Assembly (NCBI GenBank): GCA_900321835.1
Contig: ONXQ01000005.1
Location: forward strand, 1-45,952
DNA from: an uncultured Prevotellaceae bacterium
Lineage (GTDB): Bacteria; Bacteroidota; Bacteroidia; Bacteroidales; Bacteroidaceae
DNA: 45,952 bases
Direction: 5' to 3'
Positions 1 through 7,612 of this stretch are shown here, piece by piece. Under the pieces are notes generated by a model that did not search any database, was not told where the DNA came from, and worked only from the letters and a program-made list of their open reading frames with translations. The translations under genes were made by a program, and so were the position numbers. Every line of letters starts with the position of its first letter. Positions within the stretch are counted from its first letter, which is position 1.

Positions 1-100
1 GACAGGAATCATGAAAATTGCTGCATAACGAAAGATCTATCGGAATGCCTCAATGCAAAAAAGAAAAAAAGAGGATGTGCCTATTTTGACACACCCTCCA

Positions 101-148
101 GACGATTTTTTCCGAGCGCTCAGAAGTTTTCGTCCAAGCGCTTGCACG
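101..148. repeat. partial (2-unit) copy of the 22-bp-phased GAGCGCTC intergenic repeat family
   Basis: gacgattttttccGAGCGCTCagaagttttcgtccAAGCGCTTgcacg; cores at 114 and 136, exactly 22 bp apart. Confidence 0.8.
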
Positions 149-164
149 TATCAAAAAAACGCCG

Positions 165-172
165 TATTTTTG
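165..172 (+). promoter_or_regulatory. Bacteroidetes-type -7 promoter box (TAnnTTTG)
   Basis: TATTTTTG about 67 nt upstream of ATG 239. Confidence 0.5.
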
Positions 173-238
173 CAGAAAATTATCACCGGAGCCCCACCGA
201 CGGCACCTCACTCACACCCAAAAACAAGCAAAAATCCT

Positions 239-943
239 ATGCCTGCCAAAACAGATAAAAAAAAGCAGATTCTGGTCGTCGACGACGAACATGACTTGTG
301 CGAAATCCTGAAGTTCAACCTCCATTCGGCCGGTTACAAAGCCGAAGTCGCCTACTCCGCCGAGGAAGCACTGCACCACGACCTCCAGCACACCGACCTC
401 ATGCTGCTCGACGTCATGATGCCCGGCATGTCGGGATTCACCCTGGCCCAGCAACTCAAGCGCCAGCCCGAAACCGCCCAACTGCCCATCATCTTCCTCA
501 CGGCACGCGACACCGAACGCGACACCCTGCGCGGGTTCAGCCTCGGAGCCGACGACTACGTCTCCAAGCCCTTCTCCGTCAAGGAAGTCATGGCCCGCGT
601 CAAGGCCGTGCTCAGCCGCACAGCCGACACCCCGCCTGCACCCTCCGAAATCCTCACCTACGAAGGGCTCGTCGTGGACTTCGGCGCAAAAGGCGTCACC
701 ATCGACGGCGAGGCAGTCAGTTTCACACGCACCGAGTTCGAACTGCTCAGCCTGCTGCTCAGCCACCAGGGCGAAGTCTTCTCACGCAACAAACTCATCG
801 AAAGCATCTGGCCGCAAGATGTTGTCGTCACCGGGCGCACCGTCGATGTCAACATCACCCGGATGCGCAAAAAAATCGGTCCCTATGCCAAGTGCATCGC
901 CACCCGCATCGGCTACGGCTACTACTTTAAGACCGACTTTTGA
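239..943 (+). CDS. OmpR/PhoB-family response regulator
   Basis: ORF 53..943. Its 5' part runs through the repeat and promoter, so the start is moved to ATG 239 (MPAKTDKKKQILVVDDEHD). Receiver domain (VVDDE, LLDVMMPGMSGF) plus winged-helix output (LTRTEFELLSLL, VDVNITRMRKKI, GYGYYF). Confidence 0.85.
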   Translation: MPAKTDKKKQILVVDDEHDLCEILKFNLHSAGYKAEVAYSAEEALHHDLQHTDLMLLDVMMPGMSGFTLAQQLKRQPETAQLPIIFLTARDTERDTLRGFSLGADDYVSKPFSVKEVMARVKAVLSRTADTPPAPSEILTYEGLVVDFGAKGVTIDGEAVSFTRTEFELLSLLLSHQGEVFSRNKLIESIWPQDVVVTGRTVDVNITRMRKKIGPYAKCIATRIGYGYYFKTDF

Positions 944-977
944 CTCTTGACCCTCGCCTCTTGCCCAAAATTCAGAC

Positions 978-1898
978 ATGAAACGACTCACCGAAGGCCG
1001 CAAGATGTTCATCATCGTCATGGCCATCTACATCTTCTACGGCGCGTTCTTCGTCATCTTCGACGACTTCGACCGCCGCGTCTGGACCCCTCTCTCCGAA
1101 GAGTGGGACTGGCACATGATGGGAGTCGGCATCGTCATCCTCGTCATCCTCGCCTTCATCCTCCACCGCTATTCCCACCGCATGGACGAACGCATCAGTC
1201 GCGAACAGGCCGAGAAGGAAAACACACTGCGCCGCCAACTGACCCAGAACATCGGCCATGAACTGAAAACGCCCGTCGCCAGCATCCTCGGATACACCGA
1301 GACGCTGAAGGACAATCCCGACATCGCCCCGGACATTCGCCAACAGTTCATCGAGCGCACACATTCGCAGGCCGAACGGCTCACCCACCTGCTGTCCGAC
1401 CTCTCCACCCTCAACCGCCTCGACTACGCGCCCGACAAGGTCGAAAAAGAGCGTCTCGACCTGTGCCGCCTCTTCTCCGACATTGTCCAGGAAGTACAGT
1501 TGTCCCTCACGCAGCACAACATGACGCTGCGCAACTGCCTGCCCGGCTCCATTGTCATCCGAGGCAATCAGTCGTTGCTCTACAGCGTGTTCCGCAACCT
1601 GATTGACAACGCCATCAACCACGCCGGCAACGGCACTACCATCGAACTCACGGCGAGCGAACTGCCCCGCCACTGGCAGTTCACCTTCTCCGACAACGGG
1701 GTAGGCATCGCCGACAAGCATCTCCCACACATCTTCGAACGCTTCTACCGCATCGACAAGAGCCGAAGCCGTGCCACCGGCGGCACCGGCCTGGGGCTTT
1801 CCATCGTCAAGAACGCCATCGTCATGCACGGAGGCAACATCAGCGTCAAGGCCAACCAACCTCGCGGACTCATCTTCACCTTCACGCTTGAAAAGTAG
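978..1898 (+). CDS. sensor histidine kinase (HisKA + HATPase_c)
   Basis: Two N-terminal TM segments, H-box IGHELKTPVASILGYTE, N/G boxes NLIDNAINH, DNGVGI, GTGLGLSIV; lies 35 nt after the response-regulator gene. Confidence 0.85.
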   Translation: MKRLTEGRKMFIIVMAIYIFYGAFFVIFDDFDRRVWTPLSEEWDWHMMGVGIVILVILAFILHRYSHRMDERISREQAEKENTLRRQLTQNIGHELKTPVASILGYTETLKDNPDIAPDIRQQFIERTHSQAERLTHLLSDLSTLNRLDYAPDKVEKERLDLCRLFSDIVQEVQLSLTQHNMTLRNCLPGSIVIRGNQSLLYSVFRNLIDNAINHAGNGTTIELTASELPRHWQFTFSDNGVGIADKHLPHIFERFYRIDKSRSRATGGTGLGLSIVKNAIVMHGGNISVKANQPRGLIFTFTLEK

Positions 1899-1959
1899 CC
1901 ACACCCCATCGGCTCGTTCGGTTCACGTCGTTCAAGTCTCAACTTCCAACGCTCAACTC

Positions 1960-2751
1960 ATGAAACACCTTATGATTCTCTTCTCACTCTTCGCCGCCAC
2001 CCTGCACGCCCAACAGCAGGTGAGCATCGACCTCACCCCCGACGGCAGTGCAACGATGAAGGGATTCCTGCCCGCCCATCCCGACGGACGGGCCGTCCTC
2101 GTTCTGCCCGGCGGCGGATACAGCCATCTGGCCATGCAGCACGAAGGCTACGACTGGGCGCCCTGGTTCAACCGTCAGGGCATTGCCTGTTTCGTGCTCA
2201 CCTACCGTATGCCCAAAGGCGACTGGCAACTGCCTTTCTACGACGCCTGCAACGCCATGCTGCACATCCGTGAACACGCTGCCGACTATCATGTCGAGCC
2301 TCACCGGGTGGGCATCATGGGGTCGTCGGCCGGAGGCCACCTTGCCACGACCGTCGCCACACACGCCGACGACCACGCCCGTCCCGACTTCCAGATTCTC
2401 TTCTACCCCGTCGTCACGATGCAGAAGCAGGGCACCCACGAGGGGTCGGCACGCGAGTTTCTGGGCGAGCACCGCGACGACGACGTCTTCGTTCAGCGCT
2501 ACAGCAACGAGCGACAGGTGAAGGCTGGCGAAACCGCACCTGCCATCATCCTTGCCGCAAGCGACGACCGCGCCGTGCCTCCTGTCGAGAACGGCGTTGC
2601 CTACTACAATGCGCTCCAACGTGCCGGCATTCCGGCCACGCTCCACCTCTACCCTACCGGCGGACACGGCTTCGGCTTCCGCCGCAGTTTCAAATACCAC
2701 GAACCGATGCTGAACGAGTTGAGGAACTGGCTTGACAATTTATCACATTAA
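1960..2751 (+). CDS. secreted alpha/beta hydrolase (esterase/lipase-like)
   Basis: ORF 1771..2751 overlaps the kinase gene. An internal ATG at 1960 gives signal peptide MKHLMILFSLFAATLHAQ. LPGGGY oxyanion-type motif, nucleophile elbow GSSAGGH, C-terminal GGHGF. Confidence 0.75.
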   Translation: MKHLMILFSLFAATLHAQQQVSIDLTPDGSATMKGFLPAHPDGRAVLVLPGGGYSHLAMQHEGYDWAPWFNRQGIACFVLTYRMPKGDWQLPFYDACNAMLHIREHAADYHVEPHRVGIMGSSAGGHLATTVATHADDHARPDFQILFYPVVTMQKQGTHEGSAREFLGEHRDDDVFVQRYSNERQVKAGETAPAIILAASDDRAVPPVENGVAYYNALQRAGIPATLHLYPTGGHGFGFRRSFKYHEPMLNELRNWLDNLSH

Positions 2752-2764
2752 AAAAACAAACACA

Positions 2765-3352
2765 ATGATGAAAACAATGATCCATTTTGTTGTACTCTGT
2801 ACCCTGTACTTTGTACTTCCGCTCTCTGCCTCGGCACAGAGTGCCGACCGCCTCTACGAACAAGGCAAAACGCTCTACGACCAGAAAAAGTACACCGAGG
2901 CCGTGCCCAAACTGCGTGCTGCCGCCGAGAAAGGCCACAAGAAGGCCCAGTACCGGCTCGGCAAGTGCTACGACAAGGGACACGGCGTCGAAGAAGACGA
3001 CCAGAAGGCCTTCCAATGGTACCAGAAAGCCGCCGCACAGGACTACCACAAAGGGCTGTACGAACTGGGCCGCTGCTACCGCAAGGGCAAAGGTGTGCCC
3101 AAAGACAACAAGCGCGCCTTCGAACTTTTCACAAAGGCAGCCAAGCAGGACAACGGCGAAGCCCAACTGGCCCTCGGCGAGTGTTACCTGAAGGGCAAGG
3201 GCACGACGGCCGACCCGGCAAAGGCCAAATACTGGTTCAACAAGGCGATTCGCAACGAGAAGAAGGGCAAGGAAATCCTTCAGCAGTTGCGCAGCGACCG
3301 TGAAGACGGCGACGAAGACGCCAAGAAAATCCTCGAAATCATAGGAAAATAA
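2765..3352 (+). CDS. Sel1-repeat (SLR/TPR-like) secreted protein
   Basis: Signal peptide MMKTMIHFVVLCTLYFVLPLSASAQ. At least 4 Sel1-type repeats (AQYRLGKCYDKGHGVEEDDQKAFQWYQKAA, LYELGRCYRKGKGVPKDNKRAFELFTKAA, AQLALGECYLKGKG). Start chosen after the stop of the previous gene. Confidence 0.8.
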   Translation: MMKTMIHFVVLCTLYFVLPLSASAQSADRLYEQGKTLYDQKKYTEAVPKLRAAAEKGHKKAQYRLGKCYDKGHGVEEDDQKAFQWYQKAAAQDYHKGLYELGRCYRKGKGVPKDNKRAFELFTKAAKQDNGEAQLALGECYLKGKGTTADPAKAKYWFNKAIRNEKKGKEILQQLRSDREDGDEDAKKILEIIGK

Positions 3353-3398
3353 AAGGTCTGCGGGCCCGTCGCCGACGGTGTGCCCCGACTGTATGTTT

Positions 3399-3503
3399 GA
3401 GCGCTTGGACGAAAACGTCTGAGCGCTCAAACGTTTTCGTCTGAGCGCTCGGAAGATTTTTTCTGAGCGCTCAGACCTTTACGCGCGAGCGGGCGCACGT
3501 GGG
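3399..3503 (+). repeat. 22-bp-phased GAGCGCTC element, 4 units plus tail
   Basis: Cores start at 3399, 3421, 3443, 3465 (exact 22-bp period); tail cagacctttacgcgcgagcgggcgcacgtggg; lies between convergent genes. Confidence 0.92.
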
Positions 3504-3609
3504 AACGGACTGCACAATGCAACGCCGCCCTGCAACGACGAGACGTTGCAGGGCGGTGTTGTGCTGTTGTCCGTTCCGCACAAATCGGAGGACGGAGACG
3601 GGAAGGGGG

Positions 3610-4599
3610 TCAATAGACGCGGAAGCCGATGGTCTTGCGCACTTCGCGCAGGGTGGCGGCGCTGCTTTCACGGGCCTTTTCGGCACCCTGCCGGGCGATG
3701 CGGTCGAGCAGTTCGGTGTTGCTGCTGTACTCCTGGATGCGTTCGCGGATGGGACCCAGCGTGCGCACCATGTCTTCGGCGAGTTGTTTCTTCATGTCGC
3801 CATAGCGCAGGGTGCAGTCATTCCACTTCTCGTCGAAGTATTTGTAGGTCTCTTCGTCGGAGACAATGTGCATGAGGGTGAAAAGGTTCTGGATGACCTC
3901 GGGCTTTGGGGAATTGGGCTCCTGGGGTCCGTTGTCGGTGACAGCGCGCATCACCTTCTTGCGCACCGTCTTCTCGTCCTCATAGAGGTAGATGCAGTTG
4001 CCGTCGCTCTTGCCCATCTTTCCGCTGCCGTCGAGGCCTGGAACTTTCAGGGCCTCGCCGCCGAAGTAGAAGTTCTGCGGCTCTGGGAAGAGTTCGGTGT
4101 GGTAGATGTTGTTGAAGCGTCGGGCACATTTGCGTGCCATCTCCATGTTCTGTTCCTGGTCCTTGCCCACAGGCACCCACTTGGCGCGGTGCTGCAGAAT
4201 GTCGGCAGCCATGAGTGTGGGATAGGTGAACAGGCCTGCATTGACGTTGTCGGGCTGCTGGCGCGCTTTCTCCTTGAAGGTGGTGACGCGGCCGAGTTCG
4301 CCGATGTAGGTATTCATGTTCAGATAGAGGTAGAGTTCGATGGTTTCGGGCACGTCGCTCTGGATGTAGATGGTCGCCTTCTCGGGGTCGATTCCGCAGG
4401 CGAGGTATTCGGCCAGGATGGTGCGGGCCGAACGCTGGATGTTTTCGGGTGTGGGGTGTGTGGTGAGCGAATGCCAGTCGGCAATGAAAAAGTAGCAGTT
4501 GTATTCGTTTTGCATCTTCACGAAACTGCGCACGGCTCCGTAGTAGTTGCCGAGGTGCAGGTTGCCGGTTGGGCGAATTCCACTAAGTACGATGTCCAT
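3610..4599 (-). CDS. trpS: tryptophan--tRNA ligase
   Basis: MDIVLSGIRPTGNLHLGNYYGA (HIGH-type motif), KMGKS motif (GSGKMGKSDGN), 329 aa class-I synthetase length. Confidence 0.95.
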   Translation of the reverse strand: MDIVLSGIRPTGNLHLGNYYGAVRSFVKMQNEYNCYFFIADWHSLTTHPTPENIQRSARTILAEYLACGIDPEKATIYIQSDVPETIELYLYLNMNTYIGELGRVTTFKEKARQQPDNVNAGLFTYPTLMAADILQHRAKWVPVGKDQEQNMEMARKCARRFNNIYHTELFPEPQNFYFGGEALKVPGLDGSGKMGKSDGNCIYLYEDEKTVRKKVMRAVTDNGPQEPNSPKPEVIQNLFTLMHIVSDEETYKYFDEKWNDCTLRYGDMKKQLAEDMVRTLGPIRERIQEYSSNTELLDRIARQGAEKARESSAATLREVRKTIGFRVY

Positions 4600-4648
4600 T
4601 TATGTGCTGAAAATTGAGTATTGAAAATTTGTATTGATGAATTGCGGG

Positions 4649-7129
4649 TTATCGGATGTACGTTTTCTTTCCGCCGACGATGTAGAAACCCTTCGCGGGA
4701 TGTTCGACACGGCGACCGGTGAGGTCATAGACGGCACCCTCATTTTTCACTTTTTGCTGTTCACCTTTCACCTCCTCGATGCCCGTGGCAATGGGGTGCA
4801 GGCCGATGGCGTCAAGTTCATCCTCCGAGATGAAGAGGAAATGCTGCGTCTGGGCAGCGGTGCTGTAGTTGAAATCGACAATGGAGTTGGAGCCGTAGCC
4901 GCTCGTCACATTCGCGGCATTGAGCGAGAAGGCCTGGTTGCTGCCAGAGTTCCATGTCATCCAGTAGGTCGGTTTGGTGTAGGTGCCTCCGTCAACCGGA
5001 ATGGCCGCATCCACACGTCCGGGCATGAGTTGGAAGTTCTCGGTCGATGAGGGCGCTGCTGCGCGCTTCACGGTGACAGACCTTGCAGAGGCCGCGTGTG
5101 TCATGTAGCGGTCGGTGGCAGCATTACGGAAACGGTAGTAGCCCTGCACCGGCTCGTACTCCACGTACCAGGCGGCCGAGTCGTTCAGTGTCTCGGAGGT
5201 GAAGTGCGTCCAGCCAACGGCGCTCACTCCTCGCTGTGTGACAAATCCGTCGTCCAAACCGCGTTCGGCACTTTCGCAGCGGATGTAGTATTTCTTGTTT
5301 TCGTCGAAGTTGAAGGTGTAGCCCGGCACGCCGTTGGGGTGACCGCTTGTGGGGCAGAGACCGTCAACATAGAGCGAATAGAGGAGAGCGCAACCGCCGA
5401 TGTACTGTGCGGGGGTGTGTTTGTCCTTGTCTGCACCGTTGACAAACCAGTCGTAGGAAGCGTTGGTGCCCCATCCGTGGACGGCATCGCCGGTCATGAA
5501 AGTGGCTTCGTCGTCGGTGTTCTCCAGGAATCGGAGCGTCTTGTTGGCCCACGAACCGAGCCATTTGCCGTATTTTCCTTCCGACTCACGGGTGTCGGTA
5601 CAGTTGTACCAGCGCCAGTGGGTGCCGACTCCGACGCCGTGACCGGTCTCGTGCAGTACAGTTCCGATGGCTTGGTAGGCGGGGTTGGGTCCGATGCGCA
5701 TCCATCCGCCGTAGGAGCAGTCGGCGGTGGGAGTTCCAGAGCCATAGTTTCCTTGCAGGAGAAAGCCCTTGATGGCGGTCCACTCGTTGAGATAGTCGAT
5801 GGTCTGCTGTATGGCGGTGTTGCATCGCTCGTTGGCTTCGGCGGTGGGTGCGCCGTAGTTCCATGTGCCGCGGCATGAACCTTGTGGCAGGGTGACGACT
5901 TTCAGGACGTCGCCATAACCGACGGCATAGGTCTTCGTGACGGCATAAGCGCGGACGTAATAGACGGTCGAGGGGTTCATGCCTTTGACGTGGAAGAGCA
6001 TTCCCTTCTGGGAGTAGTAGTCGGTGGAGCGGTTGTCGAGGACGGTCGGCTCGGGGTCGGTGCTCCAGCAGATGCCGCGCTCCGTGATGTTGGCGCCGGC
6101 GAAGACGGCACGTACGAGTACGCCGTGGGCGGCCGGGATGAAGAATCGGGTGTGGGTGGTAGCGGTCGGGGCGTCGCCTGTGGCATTGGCTATGCGGAAG
6201 GCAAACACGGCCGTCTCGAGGGTTTTGATTTCGGCATCAATCTGTGCGACGGTGGTTGTCTCGTCCTGGTGTAGGCCGACGGCGTGGTCGATGGCCTGTC
6301 GAAATGGGTCAGCACCGGCTTTGTCGGCGTCGTAGATGGCTTCGGCCTCGTCGATGGCTTTTTGCAGACGGGCAAAGTCGGCGATGCTCTCGGTGGCTTT
6401 CACCATCGCGCCGACGAGGCTCTGGGCTGCCTGCTGAATGGCTTCGAGGGTGGCGTCGTCGGGCAGTGCGGTGGCTGTCTGGATAGCGGTCTCCAACTGT
6501 GTGCGGACGGTGGCCGACATCGTGCTCGAGAGTTGTTCGTTCGCCTGGGCAATCATGTTCTGCAGTTCGGCCTTCACCTCTTCGTCGGTGAGGGGGTCGG
6601 TCTGGGTGAGGCGGAAGTTATCGACGGCCAGCCAGTTGCCTGTGGCGTTCTCGGCCACGAAACCGATTTCGATTTCGGGGCAGATGTTGGTGAAGGTGAG
6701 GCGGTATTCGCGTGCGGTGTTGATGACAAGTTGTTCGGCACCGGCAAAGATGTAGGCACCTTTGCAGCGTGTGGTGGAGCCTTCGATCACGTTCTGCGCA
6801 CCGACTTGCAGGCGGTACTTGCCGACGGGCAGTTTGATCACCTGTGTGATGCGGGCACTGCCCACTTCGTTGCCGGCTTCAATCCATTTTTCCATATAGA
6901 CGTTGCCGTTTTTGCGGGCGAATGCGGAGTTGCTCTGCGGCTTGAGGCCTACGTTTGTCCAACCGGCGGCTCCGTTCTCTTCGAACGAAGGGTTGACGAT
7001 GAGGTCGGTGCGGGTGATGGGATAGGATTCCTCCTCGGTGTCGCCCCCGGTTTGTGCCACAGAACCTGCTGTGAGGCTGACAGCAAGCGTCAGCATGAGG
7101 AGTCTGCGGAAAGGTAATATAGACTTCAT
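4649..7129 (-). CDS. T9SS-secreted multidomain protein: CBM-like domain, helical (FIVAR-like) linker, FN3-like domain, HExxH zincin domain, lectin-like domain, T9SS CTD
   Basis: Signal peptide MKSILPFRRLLMLTLAVSLTAGSVAQ; NPSFEENGAAGW...NWLAVDNFRLTQ module; HETGHGVGVGTH; C-terminal VYDLTGRRVEHPAKGFYIVGGKKTYIR (Por secretion tail). Confidence 0.7.
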   Translation of the reverse strand: MKSILPFRRLLMLTLAVSLTAGSVAQTGGDTEEESYPITRTDLIVNPSFEENGAAGWTNVGLKPQSNSAFARKNGNVYMEKWIEAGNEVGSARITQVIKLPVGKYRLQVGAQNVIEGSTTRCKGAYIFAGAEQLVINTAREYRLTFTNICPEIEIGFVAENATGNWLAVDNFRLTQTDPLTDEEVKAELQNMIAQANEQLSSTMSATVRTQLETAIQTATALPDDATLEAIQQAAQSLVGAMVKATESIADFARLQKAIDEAEAIYDADKAGADPFRQAIDHAVGLHQDETTTVAQIDAEIKTLETAVFAFRIANATGDAPTATTHTRFFIPAAHGVLVRAVFAGANITERGICWSTDPEPTVLDNRSTDYYSQKGMLFHVKGMNPSTVYYVRAYAVTKTYAVGYGDVLKVVTLPQGSCRGTWNYGAPTAEANERCNTAIQQTIDYLNEWTAIKGFLLQGNYGSGTPTADCSYGGWMRIGPNPAYQAIGTVLHETGHGVGVGTHWRWYNCTDTRESEGKYGKWLGSWANKTLRFLENTDDEATFMTGDAVHGWGTNASYDWFVNGADKDKHTPAQYIGGCALLYSLYVDGLCPTSGHPNGVPGYTFNFDENKKYYIRCESAERGLDDGFVTQRGVSAVGWTHFTSETLNDSAAWYVEYEPVQGYYRFRNAATDRYMTHAASARSVTVKRAAAPSSTENFQLMPGRVDAAIPVDGGTYTKPTYWMTWNSGSNQAFSLNAANVTSGYGSNSIVDFNYSTAAQTQHFLFISEDELDAIGLHPIATGIEEVKGEQQKVKNEGAVYDLTGRRVEHPAKGFYIVGGKKTYIR

Positions 7130-7178
7130 AGTTATATCATTTCTGAGTGTTTGACTCGTTGATTCACACTTTATCGTG

Positions 7179-7338
7179 CAAAGTTACGGATAAGTGAGAG
7201 CAATACAAAATGAAAATCAAAAAATTTTCATTTTTATTGCCGAACGGGAGTAATTTCGGCGTAGCCAAAGTTACGGATAAGTGAGAGCAATACAAAAAGA
7301 AAATCAAAAAAAATTCATTTTTATTGCCGAACGGGAGT
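7179..7338 (-). repeat. tandem duplication (87-bp period) of a promoter-box plus AT-rich hairpin module
   Basis: Copy 1 is 7179-7251 and copy 2 is 7266-7338: caaagttacggataagtgagaGCAATACAAAAnGAAAAT...ATTTTTATTGCcgaacgggagt. On the minus strand each copy reads hairpin, then 13 nt, then TAACTTTG. Confidence 0.85.
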
Positions 7339-7366
7339 CTGCAGTCACCATTTCGATGCCACTTGC

Positions 7367-7466
7367 GAGCGCTTGGAAAAAAACGTCTGAGCGCTCAGAC
7401 GAAAACGTCCGAGCGCTCGGACGAAAATTTCTGAGCGCTCAGACCTTTACGCGCACACGCGTGGGA
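7367..7466 (+). repeat. 22-bp-phased GAGCGCTC element, 4 units plus tail
   Basis: Cores at 7367, 7389, 7411, 7433; head gccacttgcGAGCGCTTGGaaaaaaacgtc; tail cagacctttacgcgcacacgcgtggg; sits between divergently transcribed genes. Confidence 0.92.
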
Positions 7467-7579
7467 AGAAAAAAACGGTGCCGCACATTTTTCGTACTTA
7501 ACCGTACCTGTGGCTGCGTTGAAGGTACTCCCGTACGGAAAAAACCACAATAAATTTGCTTTTTTCGCTCACTTAATCG

Positions 7580-7587
7580 TAACTTTG
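7580..7587 (+). promoter_or_regulatory. -7 promoter box TAACTTTG
   Basis: 25 nt upstream of ATG 7613. Confidence 0.55.
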
Positions 7588-7612
7588 CATCGAATTTCGA
7601 AAAAAAGGGAAC

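Noticed and set aside
53-238. N-terminal extensions of several track ORFs (53..238, 1771..1959, 14226..14270, 29552..29647, 39170..39217, 44755..45024, 23579..23668)
   Set aside because: The extensions cross repeats or promoter boxes or overlap the preceding gene. Internal ATGs give canonical family N-termini or signal peptides.
3399-3503. CRISPR array interpretation of the 22-bp repeats
   Set aside because: The units are contiguous with no unique spacers. The arrays hold only 4-5 units, are scattered at many loci, and no cas genes are present.
7281-7553. Small ORFs running through the 22-bp arrays (7281..7553, 13949..14152, 33019..33264, 43823..44071, part of 17844..18683), giving recurrent SERSDENV / LSAQTFTR peptides
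   Set aside because: The recurring peptides are simply translations of the repeat unit. The ORFs have no start context, cross both orientations of the element and overlap promoters and terminators.
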